The position numbers and the translations under genes were made by a program. Positions 12,046 to 23,900 of a stretch of 64,000 nucleotides of DNA are shown in pieces; position 1 is the first letter of the stretch; each line of letters starts with the position of its first letter. The stretch is from Hydrolagus colliei (lineage: Eukaryota): contig CM068744.1 of the NCBI GenBank assembly GCA_035084275.1, forward strand, positions 102,362,001-102,426,000, in the 5' to 3' direction. The notes beneath the pieces were generated by a model. The model had not been told where the DNA came from. It ran no database searches and was given only the letters and a program-made list of their open reading frames with translations.

Positions 12046-15000
12046 TTGCCAGAATGCCAAAAGTAATTCAAATGCAGACTGTCTTACGATTTCACAGATG
12101 TGTTCATTAATAATCTCACAAAGGAGGAACAAAGCTTTCACTCACCACAAAAGAAAAATATAGAGGATTTTTGCAGCTCCAGTGAGGTGCAGTTGAGCAC
12201 AACAGGTTGGTGTATTCTGCTGAATAATTGGTTTCATACCTAGGGAAACACATGGCACTTTATTTACTATTTTGCATTATAATTTAGTTATTGATTATTC
12301 AGCCATAAGATCACAAGAGAGCTTCTGATGAATAAAGATGTTGGTCCATCTGATCTCATCATTTCAGAACAACAGTCCTGCTGCCTTCTCATCATCATGT
12401 CATGCTGTTTTTAAATTGAGCTCAGTATCCTGTTAACCACCCGTCTTGGTAACCGGTTTCAATTGTTGATTACTCAATGTAAAAAGGTACCTTCCTGGAT
12501 TCTCACCTAAAAATTGCCTTTCACACCTTCAACCTGGGTATCTGACAGTTCTGTTCTGAGTTCACTCTGTTTTTCTGCATACCTCTCTGCTTTCAAAGCT
12601 GAAGAGCTCTTGTTTAGTCAGTTGTTCCACAAACTTTATCGTTTGAAAAGCATGTATTTCATCTAATAAAATAATTCAGTTGCCGTATGTTCGGGCTCAA
12701 CGTAATTGACATTCAAATTGTCCGCATCACACGGCAAACGTCTACTGTTATTTTGGATTGCTGACAGCATTTTTTACAATCCAATAAGAAGTAAATAAAT
12801 TTATATGCAATTTATTGGGCTATTTGCATTTTCTTTGGATGTGGAAATATCACTGAGCTGTCCATTCCATGATAAGGACTGATGTTTCCACTTATTCCAG
12901 GACTAGTCACTGTTAAGTGCTCTGAGATGCTACCCTGCACCTTGAGACGTCCATCCAATGTGCAAGGCGCTGTACAAATGTAGTTTTGAATTGTACTGTA
13001 TCCTTCTGCAGTAATCCTCCTCCTGTTCTTCCTCCTATCCCATCCTGTACGGTGTTGATATCCAGCTCCACGATGTTGCTGAACAGAGTGAAACGTTGCT
13101 TGCACATCACCTTCAAAAGAGGGTGTTTCAAAGGAACAGTGGACAACATAACCCTGGGTGAGTGGAGACACATGGCACCAAGTCTGCCGATTACTGTCTC
13201 TGTTACCATCTGTTGGATTGCACTGCAAAACGCTGACATTGTGAGAAGAAGGGATGGACTTTATTACACTGGGTGATTAATTAAGGGTTTGCCTCAGGAT
13301 TCTCGTTGTTCTGAATGCAAAGGTGACTAAAGTCAACAGCAGGAGTTTGCAGGAAATGCACTAATCAAGTCTTCAGCTGATTAGACTTTCAGGAAGTCAA
13401 TACCTGCGTAGTTAATAAAAGACAGCCGTGGAGCATGAAGAAAGCTCAATAGTCATTCCTTCCGTGTATTTCTCAATGTTTTCTCTAACCCTGAGATCAA
13501 AACTGCTTAAAAAAAACGAATTGTGTAAATTTTTGAAGAAAAGGATAATATTAAAGGATATGGAAAAGAAATAGAGGGATCGACTAGGGTACGTGGCTCC
13601 AGTGAAGGAGATGGCATTAATTTAGAGTTAGTAGACACCTCTAGTTTAGGGGTTTTTCAAACTCTAGTGAATTCCTTTTATGGTTGATCAGTGGCAAAAG
13701 AAGTTCAGAACAGATAAATGGAATTAAAAATAAGAGGTACAACAACAACAACAACTTTGATTTATATAGCGCCCTCCACGCTGGACGGAGCGCCCTCCAC
13801 GCCGGACGAAGCGCCTTCCACGGAGAGGACCTACTGCCACAATAACTCTTTTGAATATTGCATTGTTGACACAAGCCAATCAAACTAAACGTATTTAATA
13901 ACAGAGAGCGATTCAACAAAAATAGATTCGCAATGAAATAACACACAGATACAAACGCAGTATGTTTTAACTAGGGGATGCAGCAAGTTTAGCAAGAGTG
14001 TTTGCAAAAGGCTTACCAACAGTTAAGTGAAGAAGTGAAGTTGTTGAAGCAATGGCATGACTGAGTTTATCAGAACATAAGAGCAAAGACTTTCAAAAGA
14101 AAGCTATTGATCAATAGAAGAGCAGAGTAAAAATCCTCTCATCAGTCCTCTTTGATCTTTGTATCTATGAGATCAAACAAGTACCATTCATTAATCGACT
14201 CTTTGATGATAGTGGTGGTGTAGGGATACAGGAATATTGTGATTTTTTTAAGGTATTTTACTGTGGGACAGTAGAGTCATAGGATCAGAATTATTTATGT
14301 CTAACTGTCGGTCAGGAGAGTAAGGTAGAAACCATGTAGGGAAAGAGATTACACGTGGCTTGTGAAAGAAGTGAATTTTGACAGGTTGAATGGCCTTGAT
14401 TTGGATTCCATTTAGGTGTGGCTCCTTCAGAAATATCACAGAGATGCATTAGTCACTTTACAAAACAGGCATACTTTTCAACTGTGTGGGAGTCTGATCA
14501 TGAAATGTAGCCAGGTCTACAAAGCATAAAAACACATTGTTCCTCCCACAATTTAATCGCTTGGTTTACGATTATCATCTTGTTTACATTTCATATTGTT
14601 TCCACAGCTTTGTCATACCCATGTGCTATTAAGACCTATTTAATATATTGTACAGTTTGTGATTTTGTTAAGATATAAAGAAATATAAAGAAGATATAAA
14701 GTACAATATCTAAATACTTACATTACGGATTATTTGCTTATTCCCGAGTTGGAGGAATTTGTCTAGTCAGTCTTAAAATAAACCAACGTGGGGGGGAGGG
14801 AGGGTGAATATCTCAAAGTTATCTCAAATATTAACCCAAGATTAAGATTCAGTACAATCTGAAGCACCCTCAAACATTTGGGTGGAAATTCAGATTATTC
14901 TCTGTGTAGCACCTGCAGTTTAGGTTGTTTTACTTTGAGCATTATCACTGAATTTCATACTTGACTCTATACTGCTTGATGCATAGTTCATGAGGATAAA

Positions 15001-16476
15001 TCAAGCCAGTCTGGTTCATTAAAGGGACTGGAGGAGTACACATCTCACTGAGGTGTAGACTGGGATCTGAGATTCCTCCACAAAGCTCCTATTAAACCTA
15101 CAAGCCAACCCCCTAAACACTAGATGGTCCTAGCTCGACAAGCTGCTAGTGTTTTCAATGATAAGTTTCAGTTGGTTTAAGTCAAGTTGTATTCAAGTCT
15201 GTATTCAATTTAACATACCTTTTCTGCTCAGCTTCTGCTGTGTTGTGTGCATTCCATTTTTAGTTACAAGCTTAAATTTGTTGCTTGACTAGTAGTAAAA
15301 TATACTCATTAATATTTTGCATTATTTTACCGCCATTCATTCATCTTGATAGATATCCACGTCACTATTTATCATTCGCTATTCAATGTTTCCCTTTTTA
15401 GTGTTTACTGTAAGGCTGACGTAAGCTTCCAACTTGTCTCAAAGAATTCATCAGTGACTTCAGAGTTGATGATCCTTATGAGACAGTGCATTCAGCACAT
15501 TCAGACAATGTGAATTTCTAATAGGAATCCCGCAAACCATACACAATGCACAGCATTTAAACAGAATTCATGAATCTGGAATGCTAGTGGTAACTGGATG
15601 TGTGTCACACTAACAACTTTAATTTGATCTCTTTCTGGGTGCATCCGATCAGAGATTCTGCAGGTCAGTGTAATGCACATCGGGTCACTTGCTAGATTCA
15701 ATATTAATATATTTTTGGAAACCTTTTGCAACTGCCGCATTTTCGATTCCACTGCTAAACTAACCGAGAAGCGATAGCAACAGCACCTTTATGACGTTTT
15801 GCATGGAACCTGTTATTGGCAATGCATTAGTTAATGTTGGAACCATGAAGATAATTGCAAGATTTTACAGCTCCCAAGATCCACATCCTTAAATCCTCAA
15901 GCGTTTGAACGAAAAGTGCAGGTAAGAAAGAAATCCTGCAAATGACACTGTTATTGTCATTCTGACAAGCAACTTAAATGTCAACCTGTATTCATTTCAT
16001 CACTATTCCCATTCCAGCTATATTCAAATCTGTATTCAATTTCACATATTTTTTTCCATGTAGCGCAGAACTGTCAGGTAATTTGCCAAGTATCCAGGAA
16101 ATGCCTAGTAAATATTATAAAGCAAGATAGAGTAGGTTTCAAATAGTGATCGTCTCTTTCAAGAAGGGAGCACTATACAGTACAATTGAATGACACATCT
16201 AACAGTTCCTCCAAGCTTCCTCACCTCCTCCAATTTATGTGGATGTGCACATACCTTCCCCCAACAATATGCTTGTGTGTTTCCACTAATATTGTTTTCC
16301 ATGGAAGAAATATATGAAACTGGAAACAGTAACCCCTAAATAATAACCCCGGAATTTTGTGTACCAAGTGACATAAGATGGAAACTTCCCCTTTAACAGC
16401 CACTTTGAAAGTCATGGAGTATTCCAATTGCTGAGAATAGGATGGTTGAAAGCAAAACATTTCATGGTACCTCCTT

Positions 16477-16838
16477 TCATTTGATATAACGCCTTATCAC
16501 ATCTCAAATATGCTTCACAGAATATACGGTAACGTTAATTGACTGTGTATTTTGTGGGTGAAATGCGGCAGCCAATTGCGCACAGCAGTTTCCCACAAAC
16601 AGTTGTGGATTGAGTGACCAAATAATTTTTTTAATTAAAAATTAATAATTACCCCAAGAAAAAATTATCTGCCAAACTCTAACAACTGGGTTCCTACTTA
16701 CTGCTAGGCAAACAGAGGCATGCGGAGTGAGGAAACCTGCTCAAGATTTTGCCCTGCTGGGAATCGAACCCAGGTTCTCTCCCTGGTGAGTTGAGTACTC
16801 TAACCACGAGTACTCGAACCACTAAGCTTCAGGACTCC
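16477..16838 (-). mobile_element. tRNA-derived SINE, near full length
   Basis: Same family as 42672; B-box ggttcgattcc on the minus strand; small internal duplication gagtactc(t/g)aaccac. Confidence 0.88.
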
Positions 16839-17539
16839 TTAAGTGGAGTTCAGATGAAGAGGTCCTCCTTTTGACTTTATCCTTCCAAAATGTCCATGTC
16901 TTCCCATCACAGCATCAAACAAGTTCAGTTTCTTAAATGGGTGAAGTACTCTGACCTCAATCTTGTTGTTCCAGAGTTTATTATTCATTTTGTAGGCTGG
17001 CCTACGCCTTTGTACAGTACTTTATTCCTTGTTTTAGTCCATGATTGAAATACAAGAAAGAAATGTACACAATAACGCAATATATTCACAAGAATGCTGG
17101 GCAAGATAATGGGTTGATTTTTCTTTGTGAAAATTATTCCAAGCTGCTGCATTAAGAAGCTTTTTCCATTTCTTAAAGGTCAACAATTTTTCATCATGTC
17201 CTGGTGTCTCTTCTGAAATTGCCCTTGACTACCCTGAGTCTGTGCTGGTTTGTGCTGCTAACTTGGTGTATTTTAACAATATGTCTCATTAGTATCCTCT
17301 GCTAAACATTCCATAAAGTCCCCCCAAGACATCTCTTTTCAAGGCAGGTGAACATATGGACACATCCATATTAAATAAGGCAAAAGATTGTCAAATTTCC
17401 TCTGCTGATGATAGAAGTGATTCCTTTATGTAACTTCTCATGAACTGGAATTTGGAACTCCTACGGCATTTCTTGGTCATTGCGGTAAGTGAGGTTCACA
17501 ACATTATAGGCAATTAATTCCTATTGACTCTTGTGCCTA

Positions 17540-17836
17540 CAGGTAAACTGGTTTAAATTGTATCAGTTGGGAGTTTAATACAACTTACACAGCACTGAAC
17601 ATGTGGTACTTCATCATTACAATCGGTAAATGCAGGATGTGTGATACAAATTAGGAGATTATTTAAATTAAGATTTTGGATGATTTATTATGACCAAATT
17701 GATCCGATTTGTAAAATGTGACTTGTGCAAAGAAATCTGAGCATTTTTTGGCAGGAAGCTGAATTGGACTTGGGCACGTGTATAACTTAGAGCGATTATA
17801 TGATTTATAATGAGACGACTTATGCAAGTTTACCTG
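17540..17836. mobile_element. Old Tc1/mariner-type MITE
   Basis: TIRs CAGGTAAACTGGTTTAAATTGTATCA / CAGGTAAACTTGCATAAGTCGTCTCA (20/26), TA on both flanks. Confidence 0.65.
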
Positions 17837-18454
17837 TACAGTACAACATCAATGTCTGAGCAGATGACAAGCCTTATATCTCTATGCAGATATGACAGAG
17901 TTTATTGAGATTCCTGTGATAAATACCTGCATTCATTATTTTAGTTTAGAACTGGCTTTAGGAGCATTTCTGGGTTATTTCTTACTGAGGTAGGATCTTA
18001 TAATGATTTATGAGACCTTGAAAGCAACAAAATGAGATCCAATCATTGAAATAATGTATTTTGTTTGGTTCAGATACAATGTGCTGATCTGTATCTGCAA
18101 TAACAACCATAGCAATATTTAAATATCAACCTATTGATATGCTACTATCCTATTGATATGCTACTATCATGCTACTAGTGATGAATAAAACACTCTACCC
18201 ACTCTTCCGTCATTTATCATGTACAATAGCTCCATCTGGAGATTAGTCGAAAATAAGTGGCATTTATTGTATTGTAGTGCAGGTAAAATGATTCAACTAC
18301 AGCAAAACATGTTTTTCTGAGTGATGATGTCGTCCAAGTGAAATGGAGGGGTATACGATAGTACATAGGTCTACACAGATCTGAACAAGTGGCGAGGGAA
18401 AAGTGTCTACCGTTCTGTCTAGTGTAAATACATTCCTACTATGTCCAGCGGAAC

Positions 18455-18695
18455 GGCTTTCAACCTCTGAACTCTGGAACTCCATCCCACAGTCCCTTCG
18501 CCTCGCTCCCTCTCTCGCCTCCTTCAAGGTCGGTCTCAAGACCCTCCTCTTCGACTGTGCATTCTGCTGCCCTCCCAACTCTCTCCTGTCCCTCCCCCGT
18601 ACCCTGCCCCTCTCCCTTGCTCAGGTCGTGACCTGACTCTTCAGCGCCTTGGGACGTTGAAAGGCGCTCTATAAATATAATTTTGTTGTTGTTCT
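18455..18695 (+). mobile_element. L2 3' fragment
   Basis: LWNSIPQSLRLAPSLASFKVGLKTLLFD; (GTT)n tail. Confidence 0.88.
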
Positions 18696-19439
18696 TGTAG
18701 TCTATTCAGAAAAGTGAATACTGGGCCGATGTCATTATGTCACTACAAAACTTTGACTAAGCTTCCCCCTCCCGCTGTTTAGAGGTGTCACCTCTAAACA
18801 GATTTAACCCCAGAAAAAAAATTATTGCTATGTCCTTTTCAGGTAGGGTAGCCATAACTTGATCTAAGAGTGTTTGTATCGGAGTTGAATGAACAAAGAT
18901 TAGGAATTCAAACCCCAAATTCTTTTAACAGATTTGTGTCCGGAAGTTAAAAAAAATGTTCTGAGAGCTTTTCATAATTCATCCCTGGGTGAAGGCTTTT
19001 CCTGAAAGGCACCCAGAATGGAAACATTTGTCAGATAAGCAATGTCTATTAATGACAGCGTTAATTGAAATTAGATTGATATTCATAAAATGGATGACAA
19101 TGGTAATTCATCACTGTTTTTAACACAATCTATGTATTCAGAAGTTCATAGCAAACTCAATTTGCAAAGCCACAATTGTTCATAATGTAGAGTCCTTGAT
19201 TAAAAGTCCAAACCTTCGCAGAGTCCTGAACTGAAGACAATTGTGGTAAAGTTGAAGGTTGAGAGAATATTGAAAAATTCTTAAATTAACTCTTAATTTA
19301 GAAGTTGATTTTTCACATCACTTTGTTAAAATTGCGATTTGTGCCACTCAATGGCTAAATTAGATCGGGTGGCATCACTGGAACTGGCAGCTGCTATTTC
19401 AGTGCTGCTTAGTGGATATCAGTTTACCTAAATCGGAGC

Positions 19440-19990
19440 TAACAACAACAACAACAACAACATTACAATTTTATAGCGCCTTTCACATTGGGAGGACATC
19501 CCAAGGCCCTGGACAGAGGGTATTTCAGACTCGAGTTAGGGGGAAGGAATCGGGGAGAGTGGAGGGCAGTGTGGTAAGGAATTTGAGCACAGTCGAAGAG
19601 GAGGGCTTTGAGGTGGGTCTTGAAGGAAGCAAGGGATAGGCCAAAGTGCAAATCAGACCTAAAGACTGCGGAAATGGTGGGGCGGGCGAAGCAGAGGACG
19701 CGAAGCAGGCAGGCGCCCACTGAGCAGGAGACGACACAGGCTGCAGTGTTCTGTATGATCTGTAGCTGTGGAGGGAACCGGTGGAGAAGCTGACAAGAAG
19801 GGAGTTTGCAGAGGGAAAGCCTGGATGTTATGAATGCAAGTATGGGAGATTCGGTGGCCAGCGATATGAGACAGTGGCAGAGTTGGGCAGTGTTACGGAG
19901 GTGGGGAAGGCAGAGTAGGTGGTAGGGTACGGATGTGGGGTGGAAAAGATAATTGAGGGTTGAACAAGACACCAAAGTTCAGGACTGGTT
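19440..19990 (-). mobile_element. L2 3' fragment, degenerate
   Basis: AFITSRL, IIQNTAAC and LASFKTHLKALLFD remnants; (CAA)n tail. Confidence 0.82.
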
Positions 19991-20757
19991 CAGTGAGATG
20001 GAGTGTGCAATCCATGGATGGTGATACTGTCAGTGCCTGAGATGTGGAGGCGCTGACAGGAGCAAATCAGAAGGGCTTCTCATTACGCTGGTATCTCACA
20101 AAGTGGTATTTGAAAGCCACAGGCTGGCAACTCCATTGATCGCCATCAGTGGCCTAGAGCCATCAGTGACTTAGAGCCATCATGTCAGTGCCGTTCTTTC
20201 AGCCATCATTCTCCGAAACGCTGGAACTCTCTCCCTCGATTATTCCGCCTTACCCCCCCCCCCCCCCCCCACCCTCCTTCCTCACCTTCAAATCGTACCT
20301 AAAGACTTTCTTTTCTTATCATGCTTTCACTCTACCCCGCGTGAAGGGCGCTATGTAAACGGAAGCTGTTGTCTTCAAGACAGCCATTTTGCTGAAGTCC
20401 AGAGATTGACAACCCACAGCCGGTCTTTAACTGTCGCTTAGCTTTGACTTCAATTTTCGAGAGTTTGCGGGGTCATGGGCAGAGAGCCGGGGAGCGGGAT
20501 TGACTTTGAATCGCTCTTTTCCAAGAGCCGGCTCAGACCCGACGGGCCGAATGGCCTCCTTTTGTGCTGTAAAATTCTACGATTCTACGATTCGCCAATT
20601 ATCCCAAGTGTCACGTTGCGAGCGGTTGTTTTCACCACGGAAGCGTTCACAGTGGGACTTGTCGATGGAATGTCAGTTGCCCAAATGGCTTAAAGATTAA
20701 CAACGCTCAAATGAATAGAAGTGGTCATTACTGAACAAACATCCCGGCTGTTTTTTG

Positions 20758-21005
20758 GGTTACCGCTCGATAGTCCGAAGCTTCCCCCAACCCCAACCCT
20801 AACCCTAACCCTAAGCCTAACCCTAACCCTTGGACTAACGAACCTTTGGACAATCGCACCAAATGTTCGGATTAACAAATCTTATTTCATTGTCGGTTCG
20901 GACTATCGAGCGGTAACCACGGTAACCGCCCCGGGCATAGGAAATTTCTGTGTTCGGGCTATCGAACCTACGGACTAATGAACCTTCGGACTATCGAATG
21001 CCCCC
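20758..21005. mobile_element. Unclassified inverted-repeat element containing (CCCTAA)n
   Basis: Perfect 22-bp IR at 20758-20779 / 20897-20918, about 6 telomere-like hexamers, and further ttcggactatcgaa-like copies to about 21000. Confidence 0.65.
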
Positions 21006-21749
21006 CCCCCCCCCCCCCGTATGTTTGTTTTTGGGGGAGGTGGGGGGGTCGGCTGAGTGTCTGACCACCTGCAGAAACCCATCGCCTTGCGTAAGAGAAT
21101 CAAACCCCAATCCAGCAATGCCATGGAAAGGAAACCTGCCTGGCCTGTCAGGTGTTTGATCAAACTATCCCTTAACCTGTCACCTTGTTCTTTCTCTCTC
21201 CCCCTGACTTGACAATTCCGGGGGATTTTCCCCCCCCCCCAAGGAGATTTTCGTTAAGAACTGTTTGCCTAACACTGTGCCTTGATCAGTAACCCCCCTC
21301 CCCCTCCTCCTCCTCGCTCAGTGCTCCCCGATACTTTTGTGAAGGACCTCGTAACGTTAATCCCAAGGGAAAGTTGTTCCAGGTATTTTTTTTTCCCTCG
21401 CCAAACGTTGCCTGGTTTATACCCTTCATTGGCAGTCCTACTCCCCCCCCCCCCACACACACACACCCCCCCCACACACACCCCCCACACACACACAACA
21501 CACACTTATTCTTTCCAATCGATAAAAGCTCAACTTCATCAACCGACGAAGCTCTTGACATTGAAATGAATTGAAAACATTCTCGGTTCAATCTGCGAGA
21601 GGAAAACCAAACACTGGAGCCGGAGAGTGGGCGTCGAGACCACGAGTCCTATCTGCAGTGGGGGGGGTGGGGAGGGAGGGAGGGAGGTGGAGATGAATCT
21701 GAACGGTTAATAAGCAGTGACTGCCCCCCTCTGTACTGTAGTAACCAGC

Positions 21750-22147
21750 TGCCGGCAGTGGAGCGGCCAAGCCATTGGGCTGTTGGGGGGGGTATCTGTG
21801 GGTCCAGGAATGCCCTGCACCAGAGCGGGCGAGGAGGGGAGAGGACTTCCTACACCGCACTGATCGCCCGTCTCTCTCCGCCGTCTATCAGAAGCCGTCC
21901 ATCAAAAGCCGTCCACACCGAAGCTGATCGTCAACACCGGCGCCCGGGGGGGGGGGGGGGGGAGCTGGGCGGCGGGAGGGCGGGCGGACAGGGAGGGAGC
22001 GAGGGCTGCAGCGCGGAGCAAACACAACTCTGTGCAAAACAACAAGTTCCGCGGGGGTATCGTTTGCTCCGGAGTCCCCGACACTGCCCGGGGCTGGGGG
22101 GAGGGGGGGACCTGCTCGGCGGATTGTGTCAGAGACGCCTTCGGGAG
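21750..22147 (+). promoter_or_regulatory. SYNDIG1: CpG-rich promoter region and probable non-coding exon 1 of SYNDIG1 (TSS not determinable)
   Basis: Non-TE CpG/GC-rich stretch (about 21600-22430) with GC-box-like gggcgg motifs and a consensus donor GAG|GTAAGT at 22147/22148. Exon 2 has an acceptor upstream of the ATG, so an upstream non-coding exon is required. Confidence 0.65.
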
Positions 22148-22499
22148 GTAAGTTTTCATCACATTCGAGCTCCTTCTCACCATCAGCTGCTTTACACAGC
22201 GCGCAACCTGCGGCTGTTCAGGTTATTCTCGGGGCTGAATGTCCCCCTCCTCCTCCCCTCCTCCCCAACCCTAACCTCACCCCCCACGTCTCACAGAAAG
22301 AAAGAATCGGGTTCAGGTCTCTGTTGTTGTTGTTGTTGTTGTTTATTGCAAACGCAGATGCGGGTCCGGTTACCAGCGCGTCTCGCCTGACCTGCGGCAA
22401 ACCTTACAGAACGCGCTACCGTGTGTGCGTGTGTGTGTCTGTGTATGTTTCAAAGTGTGGAAACTTTGATAAAACGTGAAGTTTCTAGTCATTTTTTTT

Positions 22500-23900
22500 T
22501 GGTGGTGGGGGAGTTTGGGAGGTGGTGGTGGGTAGTGGGGGGTGGGGGGGGAGGAGAGGGTTTGGGGGAGAGGGGTTGAGGTGGGGAGGGAGGGTTTGGG
22601 GGGGAGAGAAGTTGGTGGGGTGGGGGGGAAAGGGGTTGGGGGAGAGGTGGGGGGAGAGGGGTTGTGTGTGGGGGGGGGGAGAGGGTTGAGGTGGGGAAGG
22701 AGGGGAGAGGGGTTGGGGGGGAGGTGGAGGAGAGGGGTTGTGTGTGGGGGGGGGAGAGGGGTTGTGTGTGGGGGGAGAGGGGTTGTGTGTGCTGGGGGAG
22801 AGGGGTTGTGTGGGGGGGGGGGAGAGGGTTGAGGTGGGGAGGTGGAGGGAGAGGGGTTGTGTGTGGGGGGGGAGAGGGGTTGTGTGTGGGGGGGAGATGG
22901 TTGTGTGTGCTGGGGGAGAGGGGTTGTGTGTGGGGGGGAGAGGGTTTGAGGTGGGGAGGGAGGGGAGAGGGGTTGTGTGTGGGGGGGGGGAGATGGGTTG
23001 TGTGTGGCGAGGGGAGGGAGGTGGGGGGAGAGGGTTGTGTGTGTAGGGGAGGGAGGTGGGGGGAGAGGGGTTGTGTGTGTAGGTGGGGGAGAGGGTTGTG
23101 TGTGGGGAGGGAGGGAGGTGGGGGGAGAGGGTGTGTGTGTAGGGGGAGGGAGGTGGGGGGAGAGGGTTGTGTGTGGGAGGGGAGGGGGTGGGGGGAGAGG
23201 GTTGTGTGTGTAGGGGGAGGGAGGTGGGGGAGAGGGTTGTGGGGGAAGAGGTGGGGGGAGAGGGGTTGTGTGTGTAGGGGGAGGGAGGTGGGGGGAGAGG
23301 GGTTGTGTGTGTGTGGGGGGGGGAGAGGGTTGTGCGGGGGAGGTGGGGGAGAGGGGTTGTGTGTGTTTGTGGGGGGGGGGGGGGTAGGTGGGGGAGAGGG
23401 GTTGTGTGTGTGTGTGTGAGGGGGGGAGGTGGGGGAGAGGGGTTGTGTGTGTGTGGGGGGGGGGGTAGGTGGGGGAGAGGGGTTGTGTGTGTGTGTGAGG
23501 GGAGGAGGTGGGGGAGAGGGGTGTGTGTGTGTGTGTGTGTGGGGGGGGGGGTAGGTGGGGAGAGAGGGGTTGTGTGTGTGAGGGGGGGGGGGAGAGAGGG
23601 GTTGTGTGTGTGTGTGTGGGGGGGGGGGGAGAGAGGGGTTGTGTGTGTGTGTGTGAGTGTGGGGGANNNNNNNNNNNNNNNNNNNNNNNNNNNNNNNNNN
23701 NNNNNNNNNNNNNNNNNNNNNNNNNNNNNNNNNNNNNNNNNNNNNNNNNNNNNNNNNNNNNNNNNNNNNNNNNNNNNNNNNNNNNNNNNNNNNNNNNNNN
23801 NNNNNNNNNNNNNNNNNNNNNNNNNNNNNNNNNNNNNNNNNNNNNNNNNNNNNNNNNNNNNNNNNNTGGGGGAGAGGGCTGGGGGGTGGGGGGGGTGGTC
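22500..23900 (+). repeat. G-rich minisatellite, approx (GGGGGAGAGGGGTTGTGTGT)n
   Basis: Dozens of degenerate units visible directly; interrupted by the N gap. Confidence 0.95.
23667..23866. other. Assembly gap (200 N)
   Basis: Run of exactly 200 N; true size unknown. Confidence 0.99.

Noticed and set aside
18130-18167. Short tandem duplications (also 664-720, about 20142-20181 and about 46078-46146) and microsatellites (about 6514-6565 and 24521-24552)
   Set aside because: Ordinary slippage products with no sign of function.
21758-22479. 210-aa and 117-aa ORFs over the CpG-rich region
   Set aside because: Expected from GC richness; no recognisable homology, and an in-frame stop in exon 2 prevents joining to the SYNDIG1 CDS.
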